Source: an uncultured Gemmatimonadales bacterium (GTDB lineage: Bacteria; Gemmatimonadota; Gemmatimonadetes; Longimicrobiales; Gaopeijiaceae). Taken from it: DNA of 64,000 nucleotides. The stretch lies in contig CAWELD010000003.1 of assembly GCA_963809895.1 (NCBI GenBank), forward strand, positions 352,001 to 416,000, read 5' to 3'. A program made the translations under genes and the position numbers. A model generated the notes under the pieces. That model was not told the DNA's origin, searched no databases, and was given only the letters and a program-made list of their open reading frames with translations. Positions within the stretch are counted from its first letter, which is position 1. Each line of letters begins with the position of its first letter. Shown here one piece after another: positions 10,977 through 20,306 of this stretch.

Positions 10977-11464
10977 CTCCCGACGTACCCCTTCGCATCG
11001 GCGTGGTGGGCGCGTCGGCGGCGGACCCCGACCTCGCGGCCCTGGCGAGCCGTCTGGGAGCGGCGCTGGCCCGGGCCGGCGCCGTGGTGGTGTGCGGCGG
11101 CCTGGGTGGGGTCATGGCGGCGGCGGCGCGCGGCGCGCGAGAGGCCGGCGGACAGGTCCTGGGCGTGCTCCCCGGCGACGACACCGATGCCGGAAACCCG
11201 TGGCTGACCCTTCCGCTGACCACCGGCATGGGCGAAGGGCGCAACGTGCTGGTGGTCCGTTTTTCGGAGGCGTTGGTGGCCGTGGGAGGTTCGTGGGGCA
11301 CGCTCTCGGAGATCGCCCTGGCCCAGCGTATGGGGCGGCCCGTGGCGCTGCTCGCCCCGCCGGCCGCCGGTACGCTGGGCCTGCCGGTGTACCCGGACCC
11401 CGAAGACGCAGCCCGCTGGGCGCTGGAAAGAGCCGCTGCCAGAAGGGAATCTCCCCACGGTTGA
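10973..11464 (+). CDS. TIGR00725/LOG-like Rossmann-fold protein
   Basis: VCGGLGGVMAAAARGA, TGMGEGRN, GGSWGTLSEIA; GTG overlaps glpK stop. Confidence 0.85.
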   Translation: MTPDVPLRIGVVGASAADPDLAALASRLGAALARAGAVVVCGGLGGVMAAAARGAREAGGQVLGVLPGDDTDAGNPWLTLPLTTGMGEGRNVLVVRFSEALVAVGGSWGTLSEIALAQRMGRPVALLAPPAAGTLGLPVYPDPEDAARWALERAAARRESPHG

Positions 11465-11595
11465 GGGGGAACTTCCCACCTTGCGCGGTCTACCAGGCTC
11501 CATCGAACTTCCTTCCATCGTTGCCGGGTAGCTCAAACCCTTCCGCACCCTCTCGGAGCCCGGCACGTCACGCACGCCATCACGGGTGACCACCG

Positions 11596-12027
11596 ATGAA
11601 GCATAACGGCCGGTTCATGGTGGGCCTGGTGGGAGTCGCCGCCGTCGTCACGTACCTCATCTGGACCGGGGTCAACGACACGATGGTGTACTACCTGACG
11701 CCCTCGGAACTCGTTTCTCGAATCGAAGCCGATCCTTCCTTCCGTGACGTCGGAGTGAAGGTCAGCGGCCGACTTGTCCACGGCAGCTACGAGCAGGTCG
11801 GACGCATGGAGCACCACTTCGTGGTCCGCGACCTCGAGGACGCGTCGGTGACCTTCCCCGTGGTGTACGAGGACGTGCTCCCCGACACCTTCACCGACTC
11901 ACCTGACATGGACGTGGACGTGGTTCTGGAGGGCCGCTTCAGACCCGACGGGGTCTTCGCGGCCACCACGGTTCTCACCAAGTGCGGAAGTCGCTACGAG
12001 GCGGCTCCGGAGGACATGATCAGGTGA
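11596..12027 (+). CDS. ccmE: Heme chaperone CcmE, CxxxY variant
   Basis: N-terminal TM, YYLTPSE, LPDTF, VLTKCGSRYE. Confidence 0.92.
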   Translation: MKHNGRFMVGLVGVAAVVTYLIWTGVNDTMVYYLTPSELVSRIEADPSFRDVGVKVSGRLVHGSYEQVGRMEHHFVVRDLEDASVTFPVVYEDVLPDTFTDSPDMDVDVVLEGRFRPDGVFAATTVLTKCGSRYEAAPEDMIR

Positions 12028-14081
12028 ACATCCTGGGCGAGCTCGCCCTCTGGGTGGCCCTGCCCGTCTCCCTGTGGGGGATGGTGCTGGGCTTCGTCGG
12101 TGGGCGGAAGGAGCGGGGTGACCTGGTCCTCTCGGCGGAGCGGGCCGTGTACGCGGTCTTCTTCCTGGTGGTGCTGGCCTCCGCGGGCGTGGTCTCCAAC
12201 TTCCTGCACGACCGTTTCGATTATTGGTACGTCGCCAGCTACTCGAGCCGCGACCTGGCCACCTTCTTCAAGTTGTCCGGGCTGTGGGCGGGCCAGCGGG
12301 GGTCGCTCCTCTTCTGGCTGCTTCTGCTCAGCGTGTTCGCGGTCATCGCCGTGTGGTCCAACCGGCGCAAGAACCGGGAGTTCATGCCGTACGTGGTGGG
12401 CACCCTGCTCACCATCACTTCGTTCTTCCTGATCGTCCTCCTGTTCGCCAACGTGAACCCGTTCGAGCGTCTGGGCTTCACGCCGCTGGACGGGCAGGGG
12501 CTGAATCCCCAGCTCCAGAACTACTGGATGACGATCCATCCGCCCACGCTCTACCTGGGCTTCACGGCGTTCACCATCCCCTTCGCCTTCGCCGTGGCGG
12601 CGTTGGTGAGCGGGCGCCTGGACAACCGCTGGATCACCGTCACCCGCAAGTGGACGCTGCTCTCGTGGTTCTTCCTGGCCAACGGCATCATCTTCGGCAT
12701 GCGTTGGGCCTACGAGGAGCTGGGCTGGGGAGGTTACTGGTTCTGGGATCCCGTGGAGAACGCCTCGCTGCTGCCCTGGCTCAGCGCCACGGCGTTCCTG
12801 CACAGCATCCAGATCCAGGAGAACCGGGGGATGCTGAAGGTCTGGAACATGGCGCTGGTGCTCCTGACCTTCCTGCTCACCATCTTCGCCACCTTCCTCA
12901 CCCGTTCGGGCCTGATCGAGTCGGTGCACTCCTTCGCCCAGGAGCTGAAGATCGCCTTCATCTTCATGGGCTTCATGGGTGCGATCCTCATCGCGGGCAT
13001 CCTGCTGGTGGCGTACCGCTGGCCCAGGCTCCGGAGCGAGAACCAGATCGAATCGTTCCTGAGCCGTGAATCGGCCTTCCTCTTCAACAACCTGATCCTG
13101 ATCGGGGCCGTGTTCGCGGTCATGTGGGGCACGCTGCTGCCGCTGCTGTCCGAGGGATTCACCGGTCAGAAGATCTCCGTGGGGCCGCCCTTCTTCAATC
13201 GGGTGAACCTGCCCATCGGGCTGATCCTGCTGGCGCTCATGGGGATCGGGCCCGTCATCGCCTGGCGGCGGGCCTCGAAGCGGAACCTCAAGAAGAACTT
13301 CACCTGGCCGGCACTCATCGGTGTGGGCACGGGCGCGGTCTTCTGGGCCATGGGCGCCCACCACGTCATGGCGGTCCTGACCTTCGCCATCGCCGCCTTC
13401 GTCCTGGCCATCATCGTGGTGGAGTTCTGGAAGGGAACACGGGCTCGCGCGCGCATCGAAGGCGAGGGGATCGCTCGCGCCGTCTACCATCTCGTGGCCC
13501 GGAACCGGCGACGCTGGGGCGGCTACATCGTTCATGTGGCGGTGGTGATCATCTTCGCCGGCTTCGCGGGCTCTTCGTGGAAGACGGAGATCCGCCAGAC
13601 GATGCAGCCCGGCGAGACCGCCGAGATCGAGTCTCCCCTGGGGCACACCTATCAACTGACGTATCAGGGCGTCTCGACGACGCTGAATGACTTCGATCAG
13701 AACCTCTCCTGGCAGGCCGTGGCTCTCCTGAGCGTGGCCAAGAACGGGGAGCCCGTGGGGACCCTCACCACCGAGAAGCGCGGCTACATCCGACCCGAGG
13801 GGACGGTGGCCACCGAGGTGGGGATCCAACAGCGGGCGTTGGAGGACCTGTACGTCATCCTGGCCGACGTGGATCTCCAGCGCGTGGTGGGGGCCAACGA
13901 CCCCACGGCGCAGGCCGCGACCTTCACCTTCATCGTCAACCCGCTGGTGGGGTGGATCTGGGCCGGTGGCCTGATCCTGACGCTCGGGAGCCTCATCGCC
14001 CTCTGGCCCAGCGCCGAGCGGGTGAAGAGCACGTCCGAGGTCCCCGTCATGGGGGCCGAGCCCGCTCCTGCCGGAGACTGA
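12024..14081 (+). CDS. ccmF: Heme lyase CcmF
   Basis: LNPQLQ, IHPP, WWD motif WAYEELGWGGYWFWDPVEN, SVHSF; GTG overlaps ccmE stop. Confidence 0.96.
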   Translation: MNILGELALWVALPVSLWGMVLGFVGGRKERGDLVLSAERAVYAVFFLVVLASAGVVSNFLHDRFDYWYVASYSSRDLATFFKLSGLWAGQRGSLLFWLLLLSVFAVIAVWSNRRKNREFMPYVVGTLLTITSFFLIVLLFANVNPFERLGFTPLDGQGLNPQLQNYWMTIHPPTLYLGFTAFTIPFAFAVAALVSGRLDNRWITVTRKWTLLSWFFLANGIIFGMRWAYEELGWGGYWFWDPVENASLLPWLSATAFLHSIQIQENRGMLKVWNMALVLLTFLLTIFATFLTRSGLIESVHSFAQELKIAFIFMGFMGAILIAGILLVAYRWPRLRSENQIESFLSRESAFLFNNLILIGAVFAVMWGTLLPLLSEGFTGQKISVGPPFFNRVNLPIGLILLALMGIGPVIAWRRASKRNLKKNFTWPALIGVGTGAVFWAMGAHHVMAVLTFAIAAFVLAIIVVEFWKGTRARARIEGEGIARAVYHLVARNRRRWGGYIVHVAVVIIFAGFAGSSWKTEIRQTMQPGETAEIESPLGHTYQLTYQGVSTTLNDFDQNLSWQAVALLSVAKNGEPVGTLTTEKRGYIRPEGTVATEVGIQQRALEDLYVILADVDLQRVVGANDPTAQAATFTFIVNPLVGWIWAGGLILTLGSLIALWPSAERVKSTSEVPVMGAEPAPAGD

Positions 14082-14084
14082 TCC

Positions 14085-14528
14085 ATGACGCTCCTGGGGG
14101 CAGTGATCCTGGTCGCCGCCGTGGTCCTCTTCATCCTGCAGCCCGTCGTGCGCGGGCAGTGGGCGTCGCTCCGGCGCACCGACGACGAGATGACCGAGAC
14201 GGAGGCCCGTCGCAGGGTGACGCTGCTGGCGCTCCGCGACGTCGAGTACGATTTCGCCACGGGCAAGCTCGACGATACCGACTATCAGGAGCTTCGCCGC
14301 GAGCTCTCCGCCGAGGCGCTGGCAGCCCTCGACGCCCTGCGCGACGAGGAGAGCCAGGCCGACGGGGCCGCTCTCGAGGCCGAGATCGCCCGGGCGCGGG
14401 CCGGCCTGGAGGCCGGAACGGTGTGCGGTACCTGTGGTCGCCAGAACGCCGAGGGAAGTCGCTTCTGCGCCAACTGCGGGCAGCGGCTCCAGGAGGGCCA
14501 GCCCCGGGAAACGACGGCCTCGCCGTGA
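14085..14528 (+). CDS. Membrane-anchored CcmI-N-terminal-like protein with C-terminal zinc ribbon
   Basis: TM helix, LRDVEYDFATGKLDDTDYQEL helical motif, CGTC-x10-CANC. Confidence 0.7.
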   Translation: MTLLGAVILVAAVVLFILQPVVRGQWASLRRTDDEMTETEARRRVTLLALRDVEYDFATGKLDDTDYQELRRELSAEALAALDALRDEESQADGAALEAEIARARAGLEAGTVCGTCGRQNAEGSRFCANCGQRLQEGQPRETTASP

Positions 14529-15307
14529 ACCCGGCGGCCTCGGAATCCCGGGAGGCCGCTCCGGAGCAGGACCCCGGGCCCCCCCCGGCCCGCCTCGAGG
14601 CGGTGGGCCTGGTGCGCTCCTTCGGCGCCCAGCGCGCCGTGGACGGCATCTCCTTCTCGCTGCTGCCCGGCGAGTTGCTCACCCTGCTCGGGCCCAACGG
14701 CGCGGGCAAGAGCACGCTCCTGAAGGTGCTGGCCGGCGGCCTGCGGCCCACGGCGGGCGAAGTGCGGCTCGGTGGGGTGCCGCTGGATCTGCACAGCCCC
14801 GAGTGGCTGCGGCGGGTCGGCGTCCTGTCCCATCAGACCTTCCTCTACGGGCACCTGACCGCCCGCGAGAACCTGCGCTTCTACGGCGATCTGTACGAGC
14901 TCGACGATGTGCGTGCCCGCGTGGAGGCGGGCCTGGCCGCCGTGGACCTGTCGAACCGGGGCGACGACCAGGTGCGCACGTATTCCCGAGGCATGCGGCA
15001 GCGTCTGGCGCTGGCCCGCACCCTCCTGCACGATCCCGACGTGGTCCTGCTCGACGAGCCGTACACCGGGCTGGACGCCCACGCCGCCGCGGTCCTCCGT
15101 GGCGTCCTGGGCACGCTGCGCGACGGACGTCGCACCGTGATCCTGGTGACCCACAACCTGGGCGAGGGCCTGGAGCTGGGCGACCGCATCGCGATCCAGG
15201 TGCGGGGTCGTCTGGTGGTCGACGCCCCTGCCCGCGACTTCGACCCGGTGAGCTTTCCGGCGGTGTACCGCGAGGCCGTGGAAGCGGCAAGGCAGGTGGA
15301 GGCGTGA
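14525..15307 (+). CDS. ccmA: Heme exporter ATP-binding subunit
   Basis: Walker A GPNGAGKS, YSRGMRQR, LLDEP; ccm context. Confidence 0.9.
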   Translation: MNPAASESREAAPEQDPGPPPARLEAVGLVRSFGAQRAVDGISFSLLPGELLTLLGPNGAGKSTLLKVLAGGLRPTAGEVRLGGVPLDLHSPEWLRRVGVLSHQTFLYGHLTARENLRFYGDLYELDDVRARVEAGLAAVDLSNRGDDQVRTYSRGMRQRLALARTLLHDPDVVLLDEPYTGLDAHAAAVLRGVLGTLRDGRRTVILVTHNLGEGLELGDRIAIQVRGRLVVDAPARDFDPVSFPAVYREAVEAARQVEA

Positions 15308-15984
15308 GCGGGTACCTGCGGCAGATCGCGGCCATCGTCCGCAAGGACCTGGTGGTGGAGCTCCGCACGCGCCAGCGCATCGCCACCATGGGTGGGTTCG
15401 CGGTGCTCGTGGGCGTGCTCTTCAACTACGCGGTGGACCCCACCATCGTCCGGCCGCAGGACATCGCCTCGGGGCTGATCTGGATGACGCTGATCTTCGC
15501 GGGTGTGCTGGGGGTCGGGCGGACCTTCCAGCTCGAGGCCGAGGACGCCGCCTTCCAGGGCGTTCTGCTCACGCCGACGCCGCGCGACGCCATCTATCTG
15601 GGAAAAGTCGCTGCCAACTCCGTCCTGGTGGCGGTGGTGGTGCTCCTCCTCCTGGGCACCTTCGGGCTCTTCTTCCGGTTGGACTACGGCAACCACCCCG
15701 GCGCCCTGATCCTGATCCTGGCGCTGGGCTCGTTGGGGTTCGTGGCGCTGGCCACGCTCTTCGGGGCGGTGGCCTCGGGCACGGCGCTGGGTGAGACACT
15801 CTTGCCCATCCTTCTCTTTCCCCTGCTCGTGCCCATGGTAATTTACGGCGTCTCCGCGTCGGGCCGGCTCCTGGCGGGCCGCCCCCTCTCGGAGGTGGAG
15901 GGGAATATCCGCATGTTGGCGGCCTTCGCCGTCCTGGCCGTGGCGGCCGGGGCGGGACTCTTCCGTTTCGTGGTGGAGGAATAG
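15304..15984 (+). CDS. ccmB: Heme exporter permease
   Basis: IVRKDLVVELR start, about 6 TMs, LLPILLFPLLVP. Confidence 0.9.
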   Translation: MSGYLRQIAAIVRKDLVVELRTRQRIATMGGFAVLVGVLFNYAVDPTIVRPQDIASGLIWMTLIFAGVLGVGRTFQLEAEDAAFQGVLLTPTPRDAIYLGKVAANSVLVAVVVLLLLGTFGLFFRLDYGNHPGALILILALGSLGFVALATLFGAVASGTALGETLLPILLFPLLVPMVIYGVSASGRLLAGRPLSEVEGNIRMLAAFAVLAVAAGAGLFRFVVEE

Positions 15985-16668
15985 ATGTCCGGCAAGGGCA
16001 CGACCGTGCTGGCGCCCATCCTCGCGGGTCTGGGGGTGCTCCTGAGCCTCCTGCTCATGTGGCAGGTGTTCTTCTGGGTATCCACCGAGGCCGCCCAGGG
16101 GGTGGTCCAGCGAATCTTCTACATCCACGTGCCCTCGGCCTGGGTGGCGTTCATGGCTTTCGGCATCGTGGCCTTCGCCAGCGCGGTCTACCTCTGGCTG
16201 GGAGACGAGCGGGCCGACATGGCGGCGGTGTCGGCGGCGGAAGGAGGGATGGTGTTCACCACCATCGTCCTGCTGACCGGTCCGCTGTGGGGGAAGATCG
16301 CCTGGGGCACCTACTGGACCTGGGAGCCCCGACTGACGCTCACACTGCTCCTCTGGTTCATCTATCTGGGCTATTTCATGGTGCGCCGCGCCACGGACAA
16401 CCCGGACAAGGGCCGCCGCTTCGCCGCGGTGGTGGGGATCGTGGGCGCCCTGGACATCCCCCTGATCCACGTGAGCGTGCTGTGGTTCCGGTCGCTCCAT
16501 CCCCAGCCCGTCGTCATGAAGCCCGAGGGCCCCACGTTGGCGCCCGACATGCTGTGGACGTTCGCCACCGCCATGGTTGCGTTCACGCTCCTGTTCCTGG
16601 GACTTCTCGTCTTCCGCTACGGGCTCGAGCGAGCCCGGGCCCACATGCAACTCAGAGAGGCCTCGTGA
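15985..16668 (+). CDS. ccmC: Heme exporter protein C
   Basis: IFYIHVP, WGKIAWGTYWTWEPRL, SLHP. Confidence 0.95.
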   Translation: MSGKGTTVLAPILAGLGVLLSLLLMWQVFFWVSTEAAQGVVQRIFYIHVPSAWVAFMAFGIVAFASAVYLWLGDERADMAAVSAAEGGMVFTTIVLLTGPLWGKIAWGTYWTWEPRLTLTLLLWFIYLGYFMVRRATDNPDKGRRFAAVVGIVGALDIPLIHVSVLWFRSLHPQPVVMKPEGPTLAPDMLWTFATAMVAFTLLFLGLLVFRYGLERARAHMQLREAS

Positions 16669-16841
16669 TGATTTCGGCGCTCTTTCAGAACGTGGACATG
16701 GGATTCTCCGGTCTCGGGCGGCCCTACATCCACGTCTTCCTGGCCTACGTCATCGCCCTGGTCTTCATCGGGGGATGGGTGATCTCCATCGCCAGGCGTC
16801 TGGCCCGGGTGGAGCGCAGGCTAAAGCAGGACGACGGGTGA
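16668..16841 (+). CDS. ccmD: CcmD-like small membrane protein (57 aa)
   Basis: Single TM (VFLAYVIALVFIGGWVISI) followed by basic RRLARVERRL; directly after ccmC. Confidence 0.7.
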   Translation: MISALFQNVDMGFSGLGRPYIHVFLAYVIALVFIGGWVISIARRLARVERRLKQDDG

Positions 16842-16859
16842 TCCGGCGCGGAGCCGCGC

Positions 16860-17918
16860 ATGCCTGAGGACCGAGCGGAGGGGATCGTAGACCTGCGCAG
16901 CGACACGGTCACCCGGCCCAGCGCCGAGATGAGGCGCGCGATGGCGTCGGCCGAGGTCGGTGACGACGCGCTGGGCGACGATCCCACCATGCGCGAGCTC
17001 GAAGAGACCATGGCCCGCATCCTCGGAAAGGAGCGGGCCCTCTTCTTTCCCAGCGGCGTCATGGCCAACCAGACCGCGCTGGCGGTCCTCGGTCGGTGGG
17101 GAGGCGAGGTGGTGGTGGAGGCCGGTGCCCACGTCTTTCACTGGGAGGAGGGAGCGGCCGCGGCCCTGTCGGGGCTCCAGCTGCGTCCCGTGGCCACGCC
17201 CGACGGCGTCCTCACGCCGGAGCGGCTGGCGGAGGGAGTACGGCCCGCCTCGCCCTACCTTCCGCGGACCTGCCTGGTCTGCATCGAGAACACCCACCTC
17301 TCCTCCGGAGGCAGGATCGTCCCTGTCGACGCCGTGAGGGCGTTGGCGGACGCGGCGCACGAACGAGGCCTCCCGGTCCACATGGACGGCGCCAGGCTCT
17401 GGCACGCCGTGGCGGAAACCGGCACCAGCGCCCAGCAGTTCGCGGCGCCCGTGGACACCGTCATGGTGGCCCTGTCCAAGGGCCTCGGGGCGCCGGTGGG
17501 GTCGATGTTGGCGGGCTCAGCCGATACAATGGAAGAGGCGTGGAGAGTCCGGCGCCGGCTCGGCGGCTCCATGCGGCAGTCGGGAATCCTGGCCGCCGCG
17601 GGGCTGTACGCGCTGGAAAACCACCGTGAACGTCTGCTCGACGACCATGCCAACGCCCGTGCTATCGCCCAGGCGCTGGACGACCTTTCGGGCGTTCGAG
17701 CGCCGCGGCCGGAGACCAATGTGGTCCTGGCGACGGTCGAGGACGGCGGGCCAAAGGTTGAAGAACTATTGAATTTTCTGCGGGTTCGCAGAATTTTGAT
17801 GTTGGAATTCGGAGATTCCCGGATACGGGCCGTCACCCATCGAGACGTCGATTCCCGCGGCGTGACGCGGGTTCTGGACGCGCTGGCGGCATGGGACCGA
17901 CGGGCCAAAGAAAGCTGA
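16860..17918 (+). CDS. ltaE: Low-specificity L-threonine aldolase
   Basis: DLRSDTVT, VGDD, ENTH, HMDGAR, SKGLGAPVGS. Confidence 0.93.
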   Translation: MPEDRAEGIVDLRSDTVTRPSAEMRRAMASAEVGDDALGDDPTMRELEETMARILGKERALFFPSGVMANQTALAVLGRWGGEVVVEAGAHVFHWEEGAAAALSGLQLRPVATPDGVLTPERLAEGVRPASPYLPRTCLVCIENTHLSSGGRIVPVDAVRALADAAHERGLPVHMDGARLWHAVAETGTSAQQFAAPVDTVMVALSKGLGAPVGSMLAGSADTMEEAWRVRRRLGGSMRQSGILAAAGLYALENHRERLLDDHANARAIAQALDDLSGVRAPRPETNVVLATVEDGGPKVEELLNFLRVRRILMLEFGDSRIRAVTHRDVDSRGVTRVLDALAAWDRRAKES

Positions 17919-18038
17919 ATTGTGGCATGATTCTTTCTACCATTCTCACGGAATGGGCGGCTGGAGCATCCCGTCCGGCATCCGTCGACGACTAGAAGTT
18001 CGTTTCCCAATCCTGTAAAGGACGGAGGATTCATAGCG

Positions 18039-19469
18039 ATGAAGAACGTTCGGGGTACCAGGCGGTGGTTCTCCGGCTTCCTGGCGGCGGCCGTGATGGC
18101 CGTGACCGCTCAGGGTATGGCCGCGCAGACCACCAACATGCCCTCCACCCTTCGATACGGCTCCGGATACATGGACGTCCCCAGCGCCAGCGTGCTCCCG
18201 CACCTGGCCATCCAGGGGACCTTCTCCGGATTCTGGATCAATATTCCCAACAGCCTCATCACCGACCCGTCGGGCGCCGTCATCGGCACCGGTGACGGCA
18301 TCGACAAGTTCTACGGTGACGGATCGGTGACGTTGGGACTTTTCGACCGGGTCGAGGTCGGAGCGTCCCTCCAGTCCTTCAACGATTCGGACAAGGGTGG
18401 GAACATGTGGGGGGCCTACGGTCGCCTCGCGCTCCTCCGCCCCACGAATCAGGGACTGGGTCTGGCCGTGGGCGCCCGCTACGTGTCGGCGCCCAGCTTC
18501 GACGATGCGGTGGATTACGCCCCGACGCGTCTCGGCTTCCCCGATGGCCGCGCCCGCAAGAACTTCGTGGGCAACGATGTCGAGATGAACAGCGAGGTCT
18601 CGCTCTACGGCGTGGCGTCGGTGTTCCTGCGGGGCTTCGACTCCGACTGGTTCCCGGAGCACGACTGGACGCTGTCCCTTGGCTGGGGCAACGGCATGTT
18701 CAACGAGGGCGAGGAGTTGGATTGGTACCGCTACGCCGACTCCGAGGGCGTGTTCGCCGCCGCGGCCATGCACATGGACGTGGGGCAGAACAAGCTCCTC
18801 AACCTCATGGGTGAGTGGAACGGCTTCGACCTGAACCTGGGTGCGCAGCTCGACCTGGGCGGCATCCGGGTCGGCGGCCACTACCTCGGCGCCAACTACC
18901 TCGAGGACATCAGCGCCTATCGCTCGCCGAAGTTCGGCTTCCTGGTCTCCATGGCGCTGTGCCCCGACGGCGGCGTGCTCTGCAAGCCCGCCCTCATGGA
19001 GCGCCCGGCTCCGGACACCGTCCGGCTGCCCGCGCCTCCGCCGGACACGGTCACCGTGACCCGCGAGGTCGCGCCGCCGCTCCCCACCGGCAACCCGGCG
19101 AGCATCTGCCTGGCCACCGGTGAGAACGTCTCGGTGCTGGTCACCGCTCAGGGCGACACCCTGGTGGGTCCGAACCGGACGTCCATCCGCACGCTGCGGC
19201 CCGGCGTCGTCTTCGCCGGTACGTACGCGGCCGGCCGGTCCTGGTACACGAACGACGAAGCCGTCCGCTTCGAGGACCGCTCGTACAACAAGTCCGGTGG
19301 TGAAGTGAGCATGCAGTGCGCCGACATCATGCGCGTCGGCGAGTACATGGGCGTGCCGCTCTTCGCCATGCGTAGCGCAGAGCGTCCCTTCGAAACCCTG
19401 TACGTGCCCGTGCGCCCCGGCGTATGGCAGGCGTACCAGTCGGGTCTGCGCCGGACGCGGGGGCAGTAG
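18039..19469 (+). CDS. Secreted, probable outer-membrane beta-barrel protein with Pro-rich linker and uncharacterised C-terminal domain
   Basis: Signal peptide (..GMAA|Q), amphipathic beta-strands, PAPDTVRLPAPPPDTV linker, strong SD GGAGG, own terminator. Confidence 0.7.
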   Translation: MKNVRGTRRWFSGFLAAAVMAVTAQGMAAQTTNMPSTLRYGSGYMDVPSASVLPHLAIQGTFSGFWINIPNSLITDPSGAVIGTGDGIDKFYGDGSVTLGLFDRVEVGASLQSFNDSDKGGNMWGAYGRLALLRPTNQGLGLAVGARYVSAPSFDDAVDYAPTRLGFPDGRARKNFVGNDVEMNSEVSLYGVASVFLRGFDSDWFPEHDWTLSLGWGNGMFNEGEELDWYRYADSEGVFAAAAMHMDVGQNKLLNLMGEWNGFDLNLGAQLDLGGIRVGGHYLGANYLEDISAYRSPKFGFLVSMALCPDGGVLCKPALMERPAPDTVRLPAPPPDTVTVTREVAPPLPTGNPASICLATGENVSVLVTAQGDTLVGPNRTSIRTLRPGVVFAGTYAAGRSWYTNDEAVRFEDRSYNKSGGEVSMQCADIMRVGEYMGVPLFAMRSAERPFETLYVPVRPGVWQAYQSGLRRTRGQ

Positions 19470-19501
19470 TCGCGCCACGCGTACGCCGTAGCACTTGATG
19501 C

Positions 19502-19540
19502 GAGCGCCCGTCCCGGTCTCCGGGGCGGGCGCTTCGTTTC
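19502..19540 (+). terminator. Intrinsic terminator hairpin between convergent genes
   Basis: GAGCGCCCGTCCCGG / CCGGGGCGGGCGCTT followed by CGTTTC. Confidence 0.7.
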
Positions 19541-19577
19541 ATGGAGGACGCTGGAGGGGGCCGTTGGGCCGTCCGGG

Positions 19578-19991
19578 TCAGGTGACGTAGAGCTCCACCA
19601 CCCGGTTGAGCGCGTCGAGCACGGACAGCACCGCGCCGCGTACCATGTCTTCGGAATGCGTGGCGCGGGCGCCCAGGAGCTTGTAATGGCGCTCGGCGCT
19701 TCGTGCCTCGACCGACGAGATGACCACCCAGCTGTCGAAGGCGCGCACGGCCTTGATTCCCACGAGCCCCAGGCGGAGTCGGCCGCCGGTGGCGGCGGCG
19801 ATGGCCTTGAGGGTGGCGTCGGCGCCCGTGCGCAGGTCTCCCTCGCGCGTCAGGACGCCCTGGGCCTCGCCCACGTGCGTGCGCTCCTGCCATTCCAGCG
19901 TCACACGGACGCGCGCGTAGCCGTCGGGGGAGGGCGTCGCCTCCACCCGCTGCACGCGGAGCCTGGGTGTGGGTGCCGGCGGTTGGGTCAT
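19578..19991 (-). CDS. Hypothetical protein (alpha/beta, 137 aa)
   Basis: Start MTQPPAP at 19991; coding-like composition, ends GAVLSVLDALNRVVELY. Confidence 0.7.
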   Translation of the reverse strand: MTQPPAPTPRLRVQRVEATPSPDGYARVRVTLEWQERTHVGEAQGVLTREGDLRTGADATLKAIAAATGGRLRLGLVGIKAVRAFDSWVVISSVEARSAERHYKLLGARATHSEDMVRGAVLSVLDALNRVVELYVT

Positions 19992-20306
19992 GGTCTGGAC
20001 CTGCCTGGTTGAGGTCCGATCACAATGGTGTCGCCGGCAGCGCCACGGCAAGCCGGGCCGCCGGCGCGCAGCCGGCCTTGCCCGGGCGTCGCGGCGTGGA
20101 GGGGGGAGCGCGCCCGGCGCTGGGGTCGGGGGGCTCATCCGGGCATTCCGCCGGCCCAGCCGGGCCTCTAGAATGGTTCATCGGCAGCCCCGCACCTCGG
20201 ATGCGCGAGGACACACTTTCGCATTCTCTTCGGGGTCACTACTTTGAACGTCCGCGCCCGCGTTGGTCGGGACGCGAATGCACGTGAACGGAGACAGGGA
20301 CGACAC

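Noticed and set aside
11468..11492. ECF-sigma promoter (GGAACTT...GTCTA) before ccmE
   Set aside because: Spacer is shorter than typical; not supportable
20140..20306. LexA box upstream of recA
   Set aside because: No convincing CTGT-N8-ACAG or GAAC-N4-GTTC match
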